Under the pieces are notes generated by a model, which worked only from the letters and a program-made list of their open reading frames with translations, did no database searches and was not told the DNA's origin. Source: an uncultured Candidatus Babeliaceae bacterium (lineage in GTDB: Bacteria > Babelota > Babeliae > Babelales > Babelaceae). Taken from it: a DNA stretch of 32,000 nt. The stretch spans positions 465,192 to 497,191 of the forward strand of contig OY969927.1 of NCBI GenBank assembly GCA_963704655.1, read 5' to 3'. Positions 9,294-17,467 of the stretch are shown here, one piece after another. A program made the translations under genes and the position numbers. How positions within the stretch are numbered: the stretch's first letter is position 1; the number at the start of each line of letters is the position of its first letter.

Positions 9294-9340
9294 CCGTGCA
9301 CCCTGAGTGTTCACCGCAGGTGAATGTATCGAAGGGTCGG
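9294..9340 (-). repeat. hairpin repeat unit U1 (inverted orientation)
   Basis: Its reverse complement is ccgacccttcgatacattc-acc tgc ggt-gaacactcagggtgcacgg. Confidence 0.75.
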
Positions 9341-9360
9341 CATTTAATTTTATATGACTT

Positions 9361-9420
9361 CCGCTATCCTTCGATACATTCTACTTCGCTAAAGCTTCGT
9401 AGAACACTCAGGATGCACGG
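9361..9420 (+). repeat. hairpin repeat unit U2
   Basis: ccgctatccttcgatacattc-tac ttcgctaaagcttc gta-gaacactcaggatgcacgg. It overlaps the last ~11 codons of the GIY-YIG ORF. Confidence 0.75.
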
Positions 9421-9709
9421 GATCACAGAATTTCTTTTTGGCGTACTCCGTAAGCAACTTAAAATCCCCTGTAATAAGTGCTTCTTTTTTCTTTCGGGTC
9501 CACCCTTTTAATTTTTGCTCAAGCTTAAAAGCTTCAGTGCGCTCTTCTAACGCTGCATGAAAAACTAATGTAACAGGCAATCTTGTTGAGGTATATCCGC
9601 AAATCATCTTATTTTGATGGTCTATAACACGCTTTTCAAGATCATCAGTTTGTCCAACATAATAAGAATCATCACTGCACTTTAAAATATAAACATAAAA
9701 ATATTTCAT
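9389..9709 (-). CDS. small GIY-YIG nuclease family protein (COG2827/UPF0213 type)
   Basis: MKYFYVYILKCSDDSYYVGQTDDLEKRVIDHQN...EQKLKGWTRKKKEAL carries the GIY/YIG motifs, the conserved R/H and the Glu. It is a paralog of 17468-17764 and 23175-23480. Confidence 0.85.
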   Translation of the reverse strand: MKYFYVYILKCSDDSYYVGQTDDLEKRVIDHQNKMICGYTSTRLPVTLVFHAALEERTEAFKLEQKLKGWTRKKKEALITGDFKLLTEYAKKKFCDPVHPECSTKL

Positions 9710-9730
9710 ATAACTTGTTAGACATTAATA

Positions 9731-9781
9731 ATCGCTATCCTTCGATACATTCCCCCGCTGGGGGAACACTCAGGATGCACG
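9731..9781 (+). repeat. hairpin repeat unit U3
   Basis: tcgctatccttcgatacattc-cccc gct gggg-gaacactcaggatgcacgg. Confidence 0.75.
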
Positions 9782-9793
9782 GGGATGGGGAAT

Positions 9794-10243
9794 TTATTCA
9801 TAAACAGCGACTTTAGCAGGGCGCAGGATAACTGTCCCCATGCGATAGCCTTTTTGCAATACCTGTGCAATAGCGCCAGAAACAGCCCCTTCAACTAACG
9901 GCGTTTGCATAATCGCTTCATGTAAATTTGGGTCAAACTGGGTATTTTCGGTAATTTCAGTAACATTAAAGCGACTAAGTACCTTTTTAAATGCTTTATA
10001 GATAAGCTCAAATGCCGGGTTTGATATATCATGCTGTGCACGGTCAAAATCATCAACAATGTCGATCAATTGCGTCAAAACATCTGCTTGTGCAGCCTGT
10101 GACCACTGGCCACGTTGAGCTTCCATGCGCTTTCTATAGTTATCAAAATCAGCCTGCAAATAGGCATATTGTTGCCTACAGCGCACTAATTCGTCGTTAT
10201 CGCGCACAACTGTTTCTTGGTTAAGATTATTATTTTCTTCCAT
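9794..10243 (-). CDS. grpE: nucleotide exchange factor GrpE (short form)
   Basis: 149 aa with LQADFDNYRKRMEAQ and a C-terminal GYRMGTVILRPAKVAVYE, both typical of GrpE. Confidence 0.9.
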   Translation of the reverse strand: MEENNNLNQETVVRDNDELVRCRQQYAYLQADFDNYRKRMEAQRGQWSQAAQADVLTQLIDIVDDFDRAQHDISNPAFELIYKAFKKVLSRFNVTEITENTQFDPNLHEAIMQTPLVEGAVSGAIAQVLQKGYRMGTVILRPAKVAVYE

Positions 10244-10310
10244 TAAAGACCTTTATTATGTATGATTTATCAACAATATTTTTATTAGTTTAACAAAAAT
10301 ATGAAAAGTA

Positions 10311-11192
10311 ATGAAAAAGTATCTATATCTTCTTATTATTGTATGCAGCTGGGCCGCACTGTATAGTTTTAATATCCCTAAGTTTTATCACGGCAGAATA
10401 TTTTTAGATGAACCCCGCTTTTCTGAAAAAGGGCTTTTTACTGCCGACATAACCGTAGCAGGCGGAACCAAGCATTTTAGGGCCAGGGGCTACAAAGGCC
10501 ATTTAGAATTTGCTGAAGCGATTTTACAAGGGTACCTGAATTTTAATAAAGGGATTTTTATTCATGCCTATATCCCCATCAGCTGGGTACGCATGAACGA
10601 TGTCGAACGGTATGATCTTTCGGTTAAACCGCTGCCCCATTGCATCAAAAAAACTGATATCTATAGCCCGGGAATTTTTGCCGGCTGGACGGTAAACTAT
10701 GAAGATACAAAATATCTTGACTATCTGGATGCAACATTTGAGCTGGGCATGCTTTTAAATACACCGAGACATGCCATAAATATACCCCTTTTTCCTATCG
10801 GCTATACAACGCAACCTGGCTTTGCAGGAGCTGGTTATTTCTCGATGGGTGCCTATGAATGGCTCACGCTTGGAGCGTATACGCAGGCTATCAGTTTTCA
10901 ACCTGCAACCATCTGGAGCGCAGGAAGCTATCTTAAACTCGATCACCTGATACCTAAATTGTCTTTTATGGTAGCAGTATGCGGCGATGGGCAAAATAAA
11001 CAGATTGAATCTATAAGTCCGTGGCAGATGCTTTCAGTATACCTATCTTTTGAGGTTGACTTGGCCACCGATGATCGCCCTTGGTTGCCGCGCTTTAAAG
11101 CGCTCTATAGCAAGCCGGTTGCCGGGTATAATATCTTAAAGGCGGGGATGGGCGGTTTCACCGTTGGCGTCGACGCTCAAATCATTTTTTAA
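10311..11192 (+). CDS. hypothetical secreted protein, possible outer-membrane beta-barrel
   Basis: 293 aa with an N-terminal signal, alternating aromatic/glycine-rich segments and a C-terminal Phe (..VDAQIIF), as in many OMPs. Confidence 0.5.
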   Translation: MKKYLYLLIIVCSWAALYSFNIPKFYHGRIFLDEPRFSEKGLFTADITVAGGTKHFRARGYKGHLEFAEAILQGYLNFNKGIFIHAYIPISWVRMNDVERYDLSVKPLPHCIKKTDIYSPGIFAGWTVNYEDTKYLDYLDATFELGMLLNTPRHAINIPLFPIGYTTQPGFAGAGYFSMGAYEWLTLGAYTQAISFQPATIWSAGSYLKLDHLIPKLSFMVAVCGDGQNKQIESISPWQMLSVYLSFEVDLATDDRPWLPRFKALYSKPVAGYNILKAGMGGFTVGVDAQIIF

Positions 11193-11603
11193 AAAATAAT
11201 TGGTATATTCCAAGATAACATCAATTGCGTGCGTATACCGCGGATCTTTCTCGAAAAACTCTGGCAATGCTCTAAACCGCGTGTGTAAATGGTTAAAAAG
11301 TTGTCCAAAACAGTTTATTTGTCTTTCTGCAAGCTGGTACCCACTCTCTTTAAGCTGCTGTACCTCTTTACATAATTTTAAAGTAGCTTGACACAGCTCA
11401 TCATAAAAAAGGGCATGGTCCGTGATATGCTCATGCTCAGCCAATTCTAACAGTGACCAAACAGCAAGCGCTTCGTTGCTGACCTGTTTACTTATTACAT
11501 CGGTGATATCGCATAAAGAAAATAAAAAATTTCCCGAGATGAACACTAAAAATAGCGTTGAATGCTTAAAAAAAATTCCTATTAAAAAAACATACCTATT
11601 CAT
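11136..11603 (-). CDS. hypothetical protein with N-terminal hydrophobic segment
   Basis: 155-aa ORF. Its 3' end overlaps the convergent ORF 10311..11192 by 57 nt. Confidence 0.45.
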   Translation of the reverse strand: MNRYVFLIGIFFKHSTLFLVFISGNFLFSLCDITDVISKQVSNEALAVWSLLELAEHEHITDHALFYDELCQATLKLCKEVQQLKESGYQLAERQINCFGQLFNHLHTRFRALPEFFEKDPRYTHAIDVILEYTNYFLKNDLSVDANGETAHPRL

Positions 11604-11723
11604 ATTTTTCTCATTTTTATATAAGTTATTACTTTCAGTATCGCCGAAAAATATTTAAATAGTCAATCAAACAAAGACTATTGCGGCGCAATGCCCTATT
11701 GTGTTATTTTGTATAGTAACAAA

Positions 11724-11754
11724 TAAAAAGGCCCGGAAATTCCGGGCCTTTTTA
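11724..11754. terminator. intrinsic terminator downstream of ssb, usable in both directions
   Basis: aaaaa-ggcccggaa-a-ttccgggcc-ttttt. This is a perfect 9-bp GC stem with flanking A and T runs. Confidence 0.75.
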
Positions 11755-11796
11755 AGTTTTTAAGAATTAAAGAAGCTAACATCACTTTCAATTCCC

Positions 11797-11826
11797 AACC
11801 CTTCGACTACGCTCAGGGCGAGCGGT
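11797..11826 (+). repeat. solo repeat module (CCCTTCGAC-TACG-CTCAGGGCGAGCGG)
   Basis: aacccttcgactacgctcagggcgagcgg closely matches cgctaacccttcgacaagctcaggatgagcg of the GIY-YIG element arms. Confidence 0.55.
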
Positions 11827-11864
11827 ACTAGGAGGTCGTGAGTTATCAACAAGAAATTATGTAA

Positions 11865-12323
11865 CTAAAATGGTAATTCGTCATCAAATGGTGGTTCGTC
11901 TTTAAAGACAGCGGCACCTTTAGTAGTTGCTCCAGTTGTTGGTGCAGAAGCATCAGAAAAACCTTCCATAGAAGTTGTCTCTGCTGCTTGTCCAGTACTA
12001 AGAAAGACAACATTTTCAGCCATAATAGAATGTTTGCTGCGCATTTTGCCATCGGTAGCATCTTTCCAAGAATCAAACTTCAATCTGCCTTCGATAAGTA
12101 CCGGTCTGCCTTTTTGCAAATACTGCGCACAGTTGTCTGCTTGAGGTCCCCAGACTACGATATCAACGTAACAAACTTCTTGAACAACGGCACCTGTTTG
12201 TCTGTTTTTATATTGACGGTTAGATGCCAAGCTCATGCGGCACACATTTGCAGCGCCAACTTGTTTTAATTCTGGGTCACGGGTTAAGTTACCCACCATA
12301 ACTACTTTATTATATCCTGCCAT
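11865..12323 (-). CDS. ssb: single-stranded DNA-binding protein
   Basis: N-terminus YNKVVMVGNLTRDPE, an OB-fold, a disordered tail and an acidic C-terminal tip DDELPF. Confidence 0.92.
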   Translation of the reverse strand: MAGYNKVVMVGNLTRDPELKQVGAANVCRMSLASNRQYKNRQTGAVVQEVCYVDIVVWGPQADNCAQYLQKGRPVLIEGRLKFDSWKDATDGKMRSKHSIMAENVVFLSTGQAAETTSMEGFSDASAPTTGATTKGAAVFKDEPPFDDELPF

Positions 12324-12325
12324 GC

Positions 12326-12700
12326 TTATGTTCCTTTTAAAAAGTTAAGAAGTTTTGTTAGATGATTTAAATTTTTTTGCGCTTCTGCCACCATGGCATG
12401 AGCCTCTTGCACACTTTGCTGTAATGCCTTGTGCGTAGCGCCAGAAAAAGAGCCTTTGGTGTCACCGTCAACAAGTTCCCGCATGCGATGCAAAAGCTGC
12501 TGCTGCGCCTGGGCCAAAAGCTGAATCTGCTCGGTGATTAAGTGCGCCAACTCTTCAAGTAAAACTCCAAGTTCTTCTTTAAGATGCCCAGAAGTCTTAT
12601 GATACAAGGATTTTTTAGAAACCACAAAAGTTTCTTCAGAATTTATCGGCATGCAAGAAAACATGGTGATAATAATTGCAAAATTAGTTACACGATTCAT
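12326..12700 (-). CDS. hypothetical secreted coiled-coil protein
   Basis: 124-aa ORF with a hydrophobic N-terminus, followed by Q/L/E-rich heptad-like sequence. It ends 2 nt before the ssb start. Confidence 0.5.
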   Translation of the reverse strand: MNRVTNFAIIITMFSCMPINSEETFVVSKKSLYHKTSGHLKEELGVLLEELAHLITEQIQLLAQAQQQLLHRMRELVDGDTKGSFSGATHKALQQSVQEAHAMVAEAQKNLNHLTKLLNFLKGT

Positions 12701-12714
12701 GATAATTATAAGAT

Positions 12715-13266
12715 TTACGGTTTATACACAATACGATATCCAACTTTAACATAATCGATAAGTGCATACAATGTAACCAGAGTTACTAGTATGGGCACAG
12801 CCGTTAAAAAAGTGGGAATCTGTAGTTCAGTATACCGCGTAAAAAAAAGAAGCAAACAGTAAAATACTTGAAATACCATGGCAACTTTGCCAGAAATGCG
12901 TGCCGCCGACGGTTTATAATTGCACCAGGCCATTATAGTTGCACCAACAAACATAAGTATCTCTTTTGCCCAGAGAAAAATAATAAACCATGCAGGAACA
13001 ATACCAGCATACTTATACCAAAGCACCGTAAACGTACTCAGTATAAATAGTTTATCGGCTACCGGGTCAAGTAGCGCACCAAGAGCAGACTCTTGGTTAA
13101 ACTTACGGGCAATATAGCCGTCAAGCACATCCGAAAATGCAGCTACGGCCGCCACGAAAGCCGCCAATAAAAAATAATTATTAAGTAATAGATAGATAAT
13201 AGGCACAACTAAAATAATGCGCGCGATAGTTATATACGTTGCAAAAGTTATTACAGGAAGCTTCAT
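12715..13266 (-). CDS. pgsA: CDP-diacylglycerol--glycerol-3-phosphate 3-phosphatidyltransferase (CDP-alcohol phosphatidyltransferase family)
   Basis: Signature D-x2-DG-x2-AR-x8-G-x3-D-x3-D is present (DVLDGYIARKFNQESALGALLDPVADK). The protein has multiple TM helices. There is an ATGA start/stop overlap with mnmA. Confidence 0.8.
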   Translation of the reverse strand: MKLPVITFATYITIARIILVVPIIYLLLNNYFLLAAFVAAVAAFSDVLDGYIARKFNQESALGALLDPVADKLFILSTFTVLWYKYAGIVPAWFIIFLWAKEILMFVGATIMAWCNYKPSAARISGKVAMVFQVFYCLLLFFTRYTELQIPTFLTAVPILVTLVTLYALIDYVKVGYRIVYKP

Positions 13267-14312
13267 GAAATTATTCCAGAAGCAACACAGCGGTCACCAG
13301 AATAAAGCACGGCAAACTGCCCTGCTGCGATACCTTGGTCCTGCTCACTTAAAACTATATGTGCACGATTATCCGGAAGATAGGTAATAGTTGCCGGAAT
13401 TTTTTTTGGCCCATGACGTAACTTTACCAAGAACTCTGACTTTTTATCTTCACCTGAAAGCCAGGCAAGATCTTCAACCTCAAACGTGTCCCGCTGCTTA
13501 TCGGGCTCATAATATTTTTTAGAGATATACACCGTATGGGTAGCCAAATCTTTTGACACAACATACCAAGGTCCACCAGCAAGCCCAATTCCCTGGCGCT
13601 GGCCAACTGTATAAAACCAAGCACCCTTATGTTTGCCCAAAATCGATTCTGTTTCAAATTCAACTAATTTTCCAGGATGCTCTCCAAGATGAAATTGCAC
13701 AAACTCAGAAAATTTAAGTTTGCCTAAAAAACAGATCCCTTGAGAATCCTTACGGGCCTTATTGGGTAAATCAGCAGCATGCGCATAGTCGCGCAACTCG
13801 GGTTTTGTCATACCCCCGATAGGGAAAAGCGCTTTTTGTAACTGTTTTTGTGAAAGACGGGCAAGGAAATAGGTCTGATCTTTTACTGCATCGGGTGACT
13901 GGTACAAATAAGTAACCCCGTCAACTACCTGGGTTTGCGCATAATGGCCGGTAGCTATGGCATCAAATTGATCCGCAAACAGCTCATAAAAAGCACCAAA
14001 TTTTACTTGCTGATTACACATGATATCTGGGTTTGGGGTTCGCCCCTTTTTTATCTCAGAAAGAGTATAAGAGACCACTCTGTCCCAATACTGTTTTTGA
14101 AAAGAAACAACTTCAAGTTTAACATTAAGTTTTTCGCAGACAGCACGAACATAAACAAGATCTTCTTCCCAGGGACAAGTTCCCAGGAAAGCAAGTTCAT
14201 CTTCTAACCAGATTTTAAGGTAAAAGGCGGTAACGGTATGCCCCTGCTGCACGAGCTTGTGCAAAGCAACAGAGCTATCCACCCCACCAGATATAAGCAT
14301 TGCGATATTCAT
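13263..14312 (-). CDS. mnmA: tRNA-specific 2-thiouridylase MnmA
   Basis: PP-loop SGGVDSSV directly follows MNIAML, and conserved NPDIMCN and GICF motifs are present. I place the start at 14312. The 21-codon upstream extension to 14375 in the ORF track has no homology-like features. Confidence 0.9.
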   Translation of the reverse strand: MNIAMLISGGVDSSVALHKLVQQGHTVTAFYLKIWLEDELAFLGTCPWEEDLVYVRAVCEKLNVKLEVVSFQKQYWDRVVSYTLSEIKKGRTPNPDIMCNQQVKFGAFYELFADQFDAIATGHYAQTQVVDGVTYLYQSPDAVKDQTYFLARLSQKQLQKALFPIGGMTKPELRDYAHAADLPNKARKDSQGICFLGKLKFSEFVQFHLGEHPGKLVEFETESILGKHKGAWFYTVGQRQGIGLAGGPWYVVSKDLATHTVYISKKYYEPDKQRDTFEVEDLAWLSGEDKKSEFLVKLRHGPKKIPATITYLPDNRAHIVLSEQDQGIAAGQFAVLYSGDRCVASGIIS

Positions 14313-14440
14313 AGTGCTTTTAGTATAGCAGATTATGCAAAAAAGACGAACCACGACATAATTGAAGTATTGCAAATAGAAATTTATATAAACTATACTT
14401 AAAGTAAATAGTTAATTATAAAAACAAAAGGGGCACTCAT

Positions 14441-15202
14441 ATGATAAATTGGCACCATTTAATTACTCTGGGTTTATTGTTAATGCCCCTGCTGCAAGCA
14501 ATCGAAGTCCCCATTGTGCCGGATATTAATTATCTGCATCAAAGTAAGGATATGGTAAATAATGCATTATTAAACAAGCAACCGGTACCATCTGAAAAAG
14601 AACTTGCAGATTTACGTGACTACCTGGTTAAAATTGCATTTCATATGACGCCTGCAACCCAAAATGATCGAAAAATACTCAATCTAGCAAAATATATGTT
14701 AGCGTTCATGATGATAAATGGCTTGGGTGGCCCTCTATATCCTGATGATGCAGTTACCATGCTAGAAGAGATTCTTAACAGCTATTCTCATAATCCAAAC
14801 GATTTTGATGACTACCTACAAGAGAATTTCCTAAAAAAGGGCATCGCTCATCTTACTCATGCAATTGAATTTCATGTGGTGGACAATTGGTATGCGGCAC
14901 GTCTAACTTTAGCACACTTCCTGATGAAAAGAGGCTTACCTGAAGACATTGAAAATGCAATAATAGCATTAAACGATATCATTATGCCCCTTCCAGAAAA
15001 AGAAATAGACATAGCACTTATCAACAGGGCAAAAATCGATCTCGCAGATATATATCTCAGATTATTAAAAAATCCAACCAATCATCAAAAATGGGAAGGC
15101 TACTCAAACGCTCAATTTGTAAAAAATTACTATGAGCATAACCGTAGCGGCGTTTACGAAGATGATTACCAAAAAGCGCTTCAGTTCTTGGATGCCATAT
15201 AA
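14441..15202 (+). CDS. hypothetical secreted helical protein
   Basis: 253-aa ORF with signal-like LITLGLLLMPLLQA. The helical-repeat-like composition is not assignable to a family. Confidence 0.55.
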   Translation: MINWHHLITLGLLLMPLLQAIEVPIVPDINYLHQSKDMVNNALLNKQPVPSEKELADLRDYLVKIAFHMTPATQNDRKILNLAKYMLAFMMINGLGGPLYPDDAVTMLEEILNSYSHNPNDFDDYLQENFLKKGIAHLTHAIEFHVVDNWYAARLTLAHFLMKRGLPEDIENAIIALNDIIMPLPEKEIDIALINRAKIDLADIYLRLLKNPTNHQKWEGYSNAQFVKNYYEHNRSGVYEDDYQKALQFLDAI

Positions 15203-15229
15203 AAGCAAAGCTCCACGTAAAAATAATTA

Positions 15230-15258
15230 TTGCAATTTGAAATATTTAAATATATAAT
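15230..15258 (+). promoter_or_regulatory. sigma70-type promoter candidate
   Basis: TTGCAA (15230-15235), a 17-nt spacer, then TATAAT (15253-15258). Confidence 0.5.
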
Positions 15259-15286
15259 AAAAATTAGATATTAGATTTTGTTCCCG

Positions 15287-15358
15287 ACTAAGAAAGGGTC
15301 AGATTCAGACGTACTCACTGAATCTATTTTAACAACCAAGCCCTTTCTTAGTTTTTTA
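15287..15358 (+). promoter_or_regulatory. long stem-loop plus U-tract, either an argS leader attenuator or a small RNA 3' end
   Basis: A 12-bp outer stem pairs actaagaaaggg (15287-15298) with ccctttcttagt (15341-15352). An inner 8-bp hairpin pairs agattcag with ctgaatct. The structure is followed by tttttt. Confidence 0.45.
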
Positions 15359-15453
15359 TATCTCCACATGGACAGTTTTTCATCTTCATGCTACTTTTTA
15401 ATAAACAGTTTTTTTAAAAAAATAATGCGCGTAAGCGCACCAAAAGTAATTTC

Positions 15454-17094
15454 ATGAACAGTCTCAATATTCTTATTCAAGCATTTAAAAATCATATTAT
15501 TCAGTTATACCCAAGCGTAAGCATTGCCTGCGACGTTACCCTTAATGTTGATCCACAACGTCAACAATTTGGTGATCTTTCTTGTAATGCAGCAATGCTT
15601 TATGCAAAAGAGCTTAAAGCAAATCCACGCGCTATTGCACAACAGATAATTCAAGATTTTAAACACCCATTAGTAAAAAATGTCGAAATCGCAGGCCCCG
15701 GTTTTATTAATATCACCGTTACCGATAGTTTCTTTCCCCAACTTCTTACGGAACTGCAAACGCAGGGTGACAATTTTTTTAAACTCGATAAAGATTATTC
15801 TTTTAAAAAATTTAATATAGAGTTTGTCAGCGCAAACCCAACGGGCCCTTTACATCTCGGGCATGGCCGCGGTGGCATTATTGGCGATGTTCTTGGTACC
15901 ATTTTACGCTTTCTGGGCCATACCGTTACTAAAGAGTTTTATATCAATGACGCGGGTAACCAAATAGAAAAACTCGGAGCATCATTTAAAATTCGCTGCC
16001 AACAAGAGCTTGGATATTCTGTAGAAATTCCTGAAGATGGTTACCATGGTGAATATCTTAAAGAACTGGCACAACAGGCTCATGCTGAACTCGGCGATAA
16101 ACTGGCAACACAACCAGATTCTTTTTATGCTATCTACGCAAAAGAATATTTATTACAAAAAATCAAAGAAACTCTTGCAGCCTATGGCATCGTTTTTGAT
16201 GTCTGGTTCTCAGAAAAAACATTACACAATTCTGGCGCAATTACCAAAGGATTAGAGATTATCAAAAAAAATGGTTATCTCTATGAAAAAGATGGTGCCG
16301 AATGGCTGAAGTCAACTGAATTTGGCGATGACAAAGACCGTGTCTTAAAAAAGGCTACTGGCGAGCTGACCTATGTTGCTGCAGATGTTGCTTATTTAGA
16401 AAATAAAATTGAACGCGGCGCAGATAAACTCATCATAATTTTAGGACAAGACCATCACAGTTATGTAGTACGTCTTAAAGCCGTATTACAAGCGCTTGGC
16501 AAAGATCCGAATATGCTTGATGTTATTTTATATCAACTTGTTACCATTAAAGAATCTGGCCAACAAGTGCGCCTTTCAAAGCGTGCAGGCAAAATAGTTT
16601 CACTTGAAGATATTACTGAAAATGTCGGCAAAGATGTGGCACGCTTTTTTTACTTACACAGAAAAGCTGATGCACATTTAGAATTTGATATTGCCCTTGC
16701 ACTTTCACGCACAGAAGAAAACCCGGTGTATTATATTCAATATGCCTATGTTCGCACACTCAGTATGCTTGAAAAAGCAGAATCACTTTCTATTAAAGAT
16801 ATCACGTGCGCAGATGCGGAACATATTACAGAAAAAGAAGCACTCTTAATTAAAAAAATAGTAGCATTAAAACTGTTACTTGAAGATATTTCTCAGCATT
16901 ATCAAACGCATTTATTAACCTATTATGTTCATGATCTTGCACAACTGTTTTCAACCTATTATGGCAGCACCAAAGTTATCGATACCAATAATATTCCCGT
17001 AACCCGCGCACGGCTTTTAGTTGTTATGCAATTACGTGATACCTTTAATCTCTGCCTACGCCTTCTTGGCGTTGGAACACCTGACAAGATGTAG
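15454..17094 (+). CDS. argS: arginine--tRNA ligase
   Basis: 546 aa with the class I HIGH region SANPTGPLHLGHGRG. The ArgRS anticodon-binding C-terminus is present (YIQYAYVR...). Confidence 0.95.
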   Translation: MNSLNILIQAFKNHIIQLYPSVSIACDVTLNVDPQRQQFGDLSCNAAMLYAKELKANPRAIAQQIIQDFKHPLVKNVEIAGPGFINITVTDSFFPQLLTELQTQGDNFFKLDKDYSFKKFNIEFVSANPTGPLHLGHGRGGIIGDVLGTILRFLGHTVTKEFYINDAGNQIEKLGASFKIRCQQELGYSVEIPEDGYHGEYLKELAQQAHAELGDKLATQPDSFYAIYAKEYLLQKIKETLAAYGIVFDVWFSEKTLHNSGAITKGLEIIKKNGYLYEKDGAEWLKSTEFGDDKDRVLKKATGELTYVAADVAYLENKIERGADKLIIILGQDHHSYVVRLKAVLQALGKDPNMLDVILYQLVTIKESGQQVRLSKRAGKIVSLEDITENVGKDVARFFYLHRKADAHLEFDIALALSRTEENPVYYIQYAYVRTLSMLEKAESLSIKDITCADAEHITEKEALLIKKIVALKLLLEDISQHYQTHLLTYYVHDLAQLFSTYYGSTKVIDTNNIPVTRARLLVVMQLRDTFNLCLRLLGVGTPDKM

Positions 17095-17147
17095 TCAAGA
17101 GCAAAATAATATTAACGAAATATAACTAAGCTTTCATCCTCAAAAGT

Positions 17148-17393
17148 GTGTCACCCTGATACTTCGACTGGTGTGTAAACGCACTATTTTTGCTTAGTAC
17201 TAAAGACCAGTTGAACTTGCCTGCCTGCCGCCGTTTCATTCTTATGCTTCGACTTGCCTTTAGTATTGAGCTTGTCGAAATATCAGCACGTGGGTTTACT
17301 CCTGAGCCTGACGAAGGGCTCGCTCATCCTGATACTTCGACTAACGCTCAGCAGTAAAGGCTCGCTCATCCTGAGCTTGTCGAAGGGTTAGCG
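17148..17393. repeat. left arm, a mosaic of GC-rich palindromic modules
   Basis: 17236-17332 matches 22984-23080 with 2 mismatches in 97 nt. The outer part is homologous to the reverse complement of 23560-23640. Confidence 0.75.
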
Positions 17394-17424
17394 CGAATAT
17401 TTAAATTATATTTAATAATAAAAA

Positions 17425-17433
17425 TGTTATAAT
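17425..17433 (+). promoter_or_regulatory. extended -10 promoter element (TGtTATAAT) for the GIY-YIG ORF
   Basis: tgttataat lies 35 nt upstream of the ATG. The same element sits at the same offset in the paralogous element (23125-23133). Confidence 0.4.
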
Positions 17434-17467
17434 TAATCTAAGTTTAAATTTTATAAAGTGTAAGAAA

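Larger units (their letters stand above)
9288..9793 (-). mobile_element. GIY-YIG ORF plus three hairpin repeat units, inserted between the two copies of the grpE 3' end
   Basis: The segment is bounded by the duplicated grpE termini (9243-9287 and 9794-9838). It contains units 9294-9340 (inverted), 9361-9420 and 9731-9781 (direct), and the ORF 9389-9709. Confidence 0.6.

Noticed and set aside
9294-9781. Possibility that the repeated ~50-nt units form a CRISPR array
   Set aside because: There are only three units, one of them inverted. Spacing is irregular (20 nt and ~310 nt), and a protein gene lies between units. There is no regular repeat-spacer periodicity and no cas genes.
10244-10310. 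CIRCE/HrcA operator upstream of grpE
   Set aside because: No TTAGCACTC-N9-GAGTGCTAA-like inverted repeat is visible in the short AT-rich spacer.
11680-11692. 13-bp palindrome ATTGCGgCGCAAT flanked by a ctattg direct repeat
   Set aside because: It is short and occurs only once in the window. It has no associated gene logic and cannot be distinguished from chance.
14313-14375. 21-codon N-terminal extension of mnmA in the ORF track (MQYFNYVVVRLFCIICYTKST)
   Set aside because: MnmA proteins begin immediately before the SGGVDSS PP-loop. The ATG at 14312 gives MNIAMLISGGVDSSV, and the extension looks like read-through of promoter DNA.
15203-15453. T-box riboswitch upstream of argS
   Set aside because: I could not find the conserved T-box sequence (AGGGUGGNACCGCG-like) or the specifier/AG-bulge elements by eye. 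Only a generic terminator-like hairpin is present.
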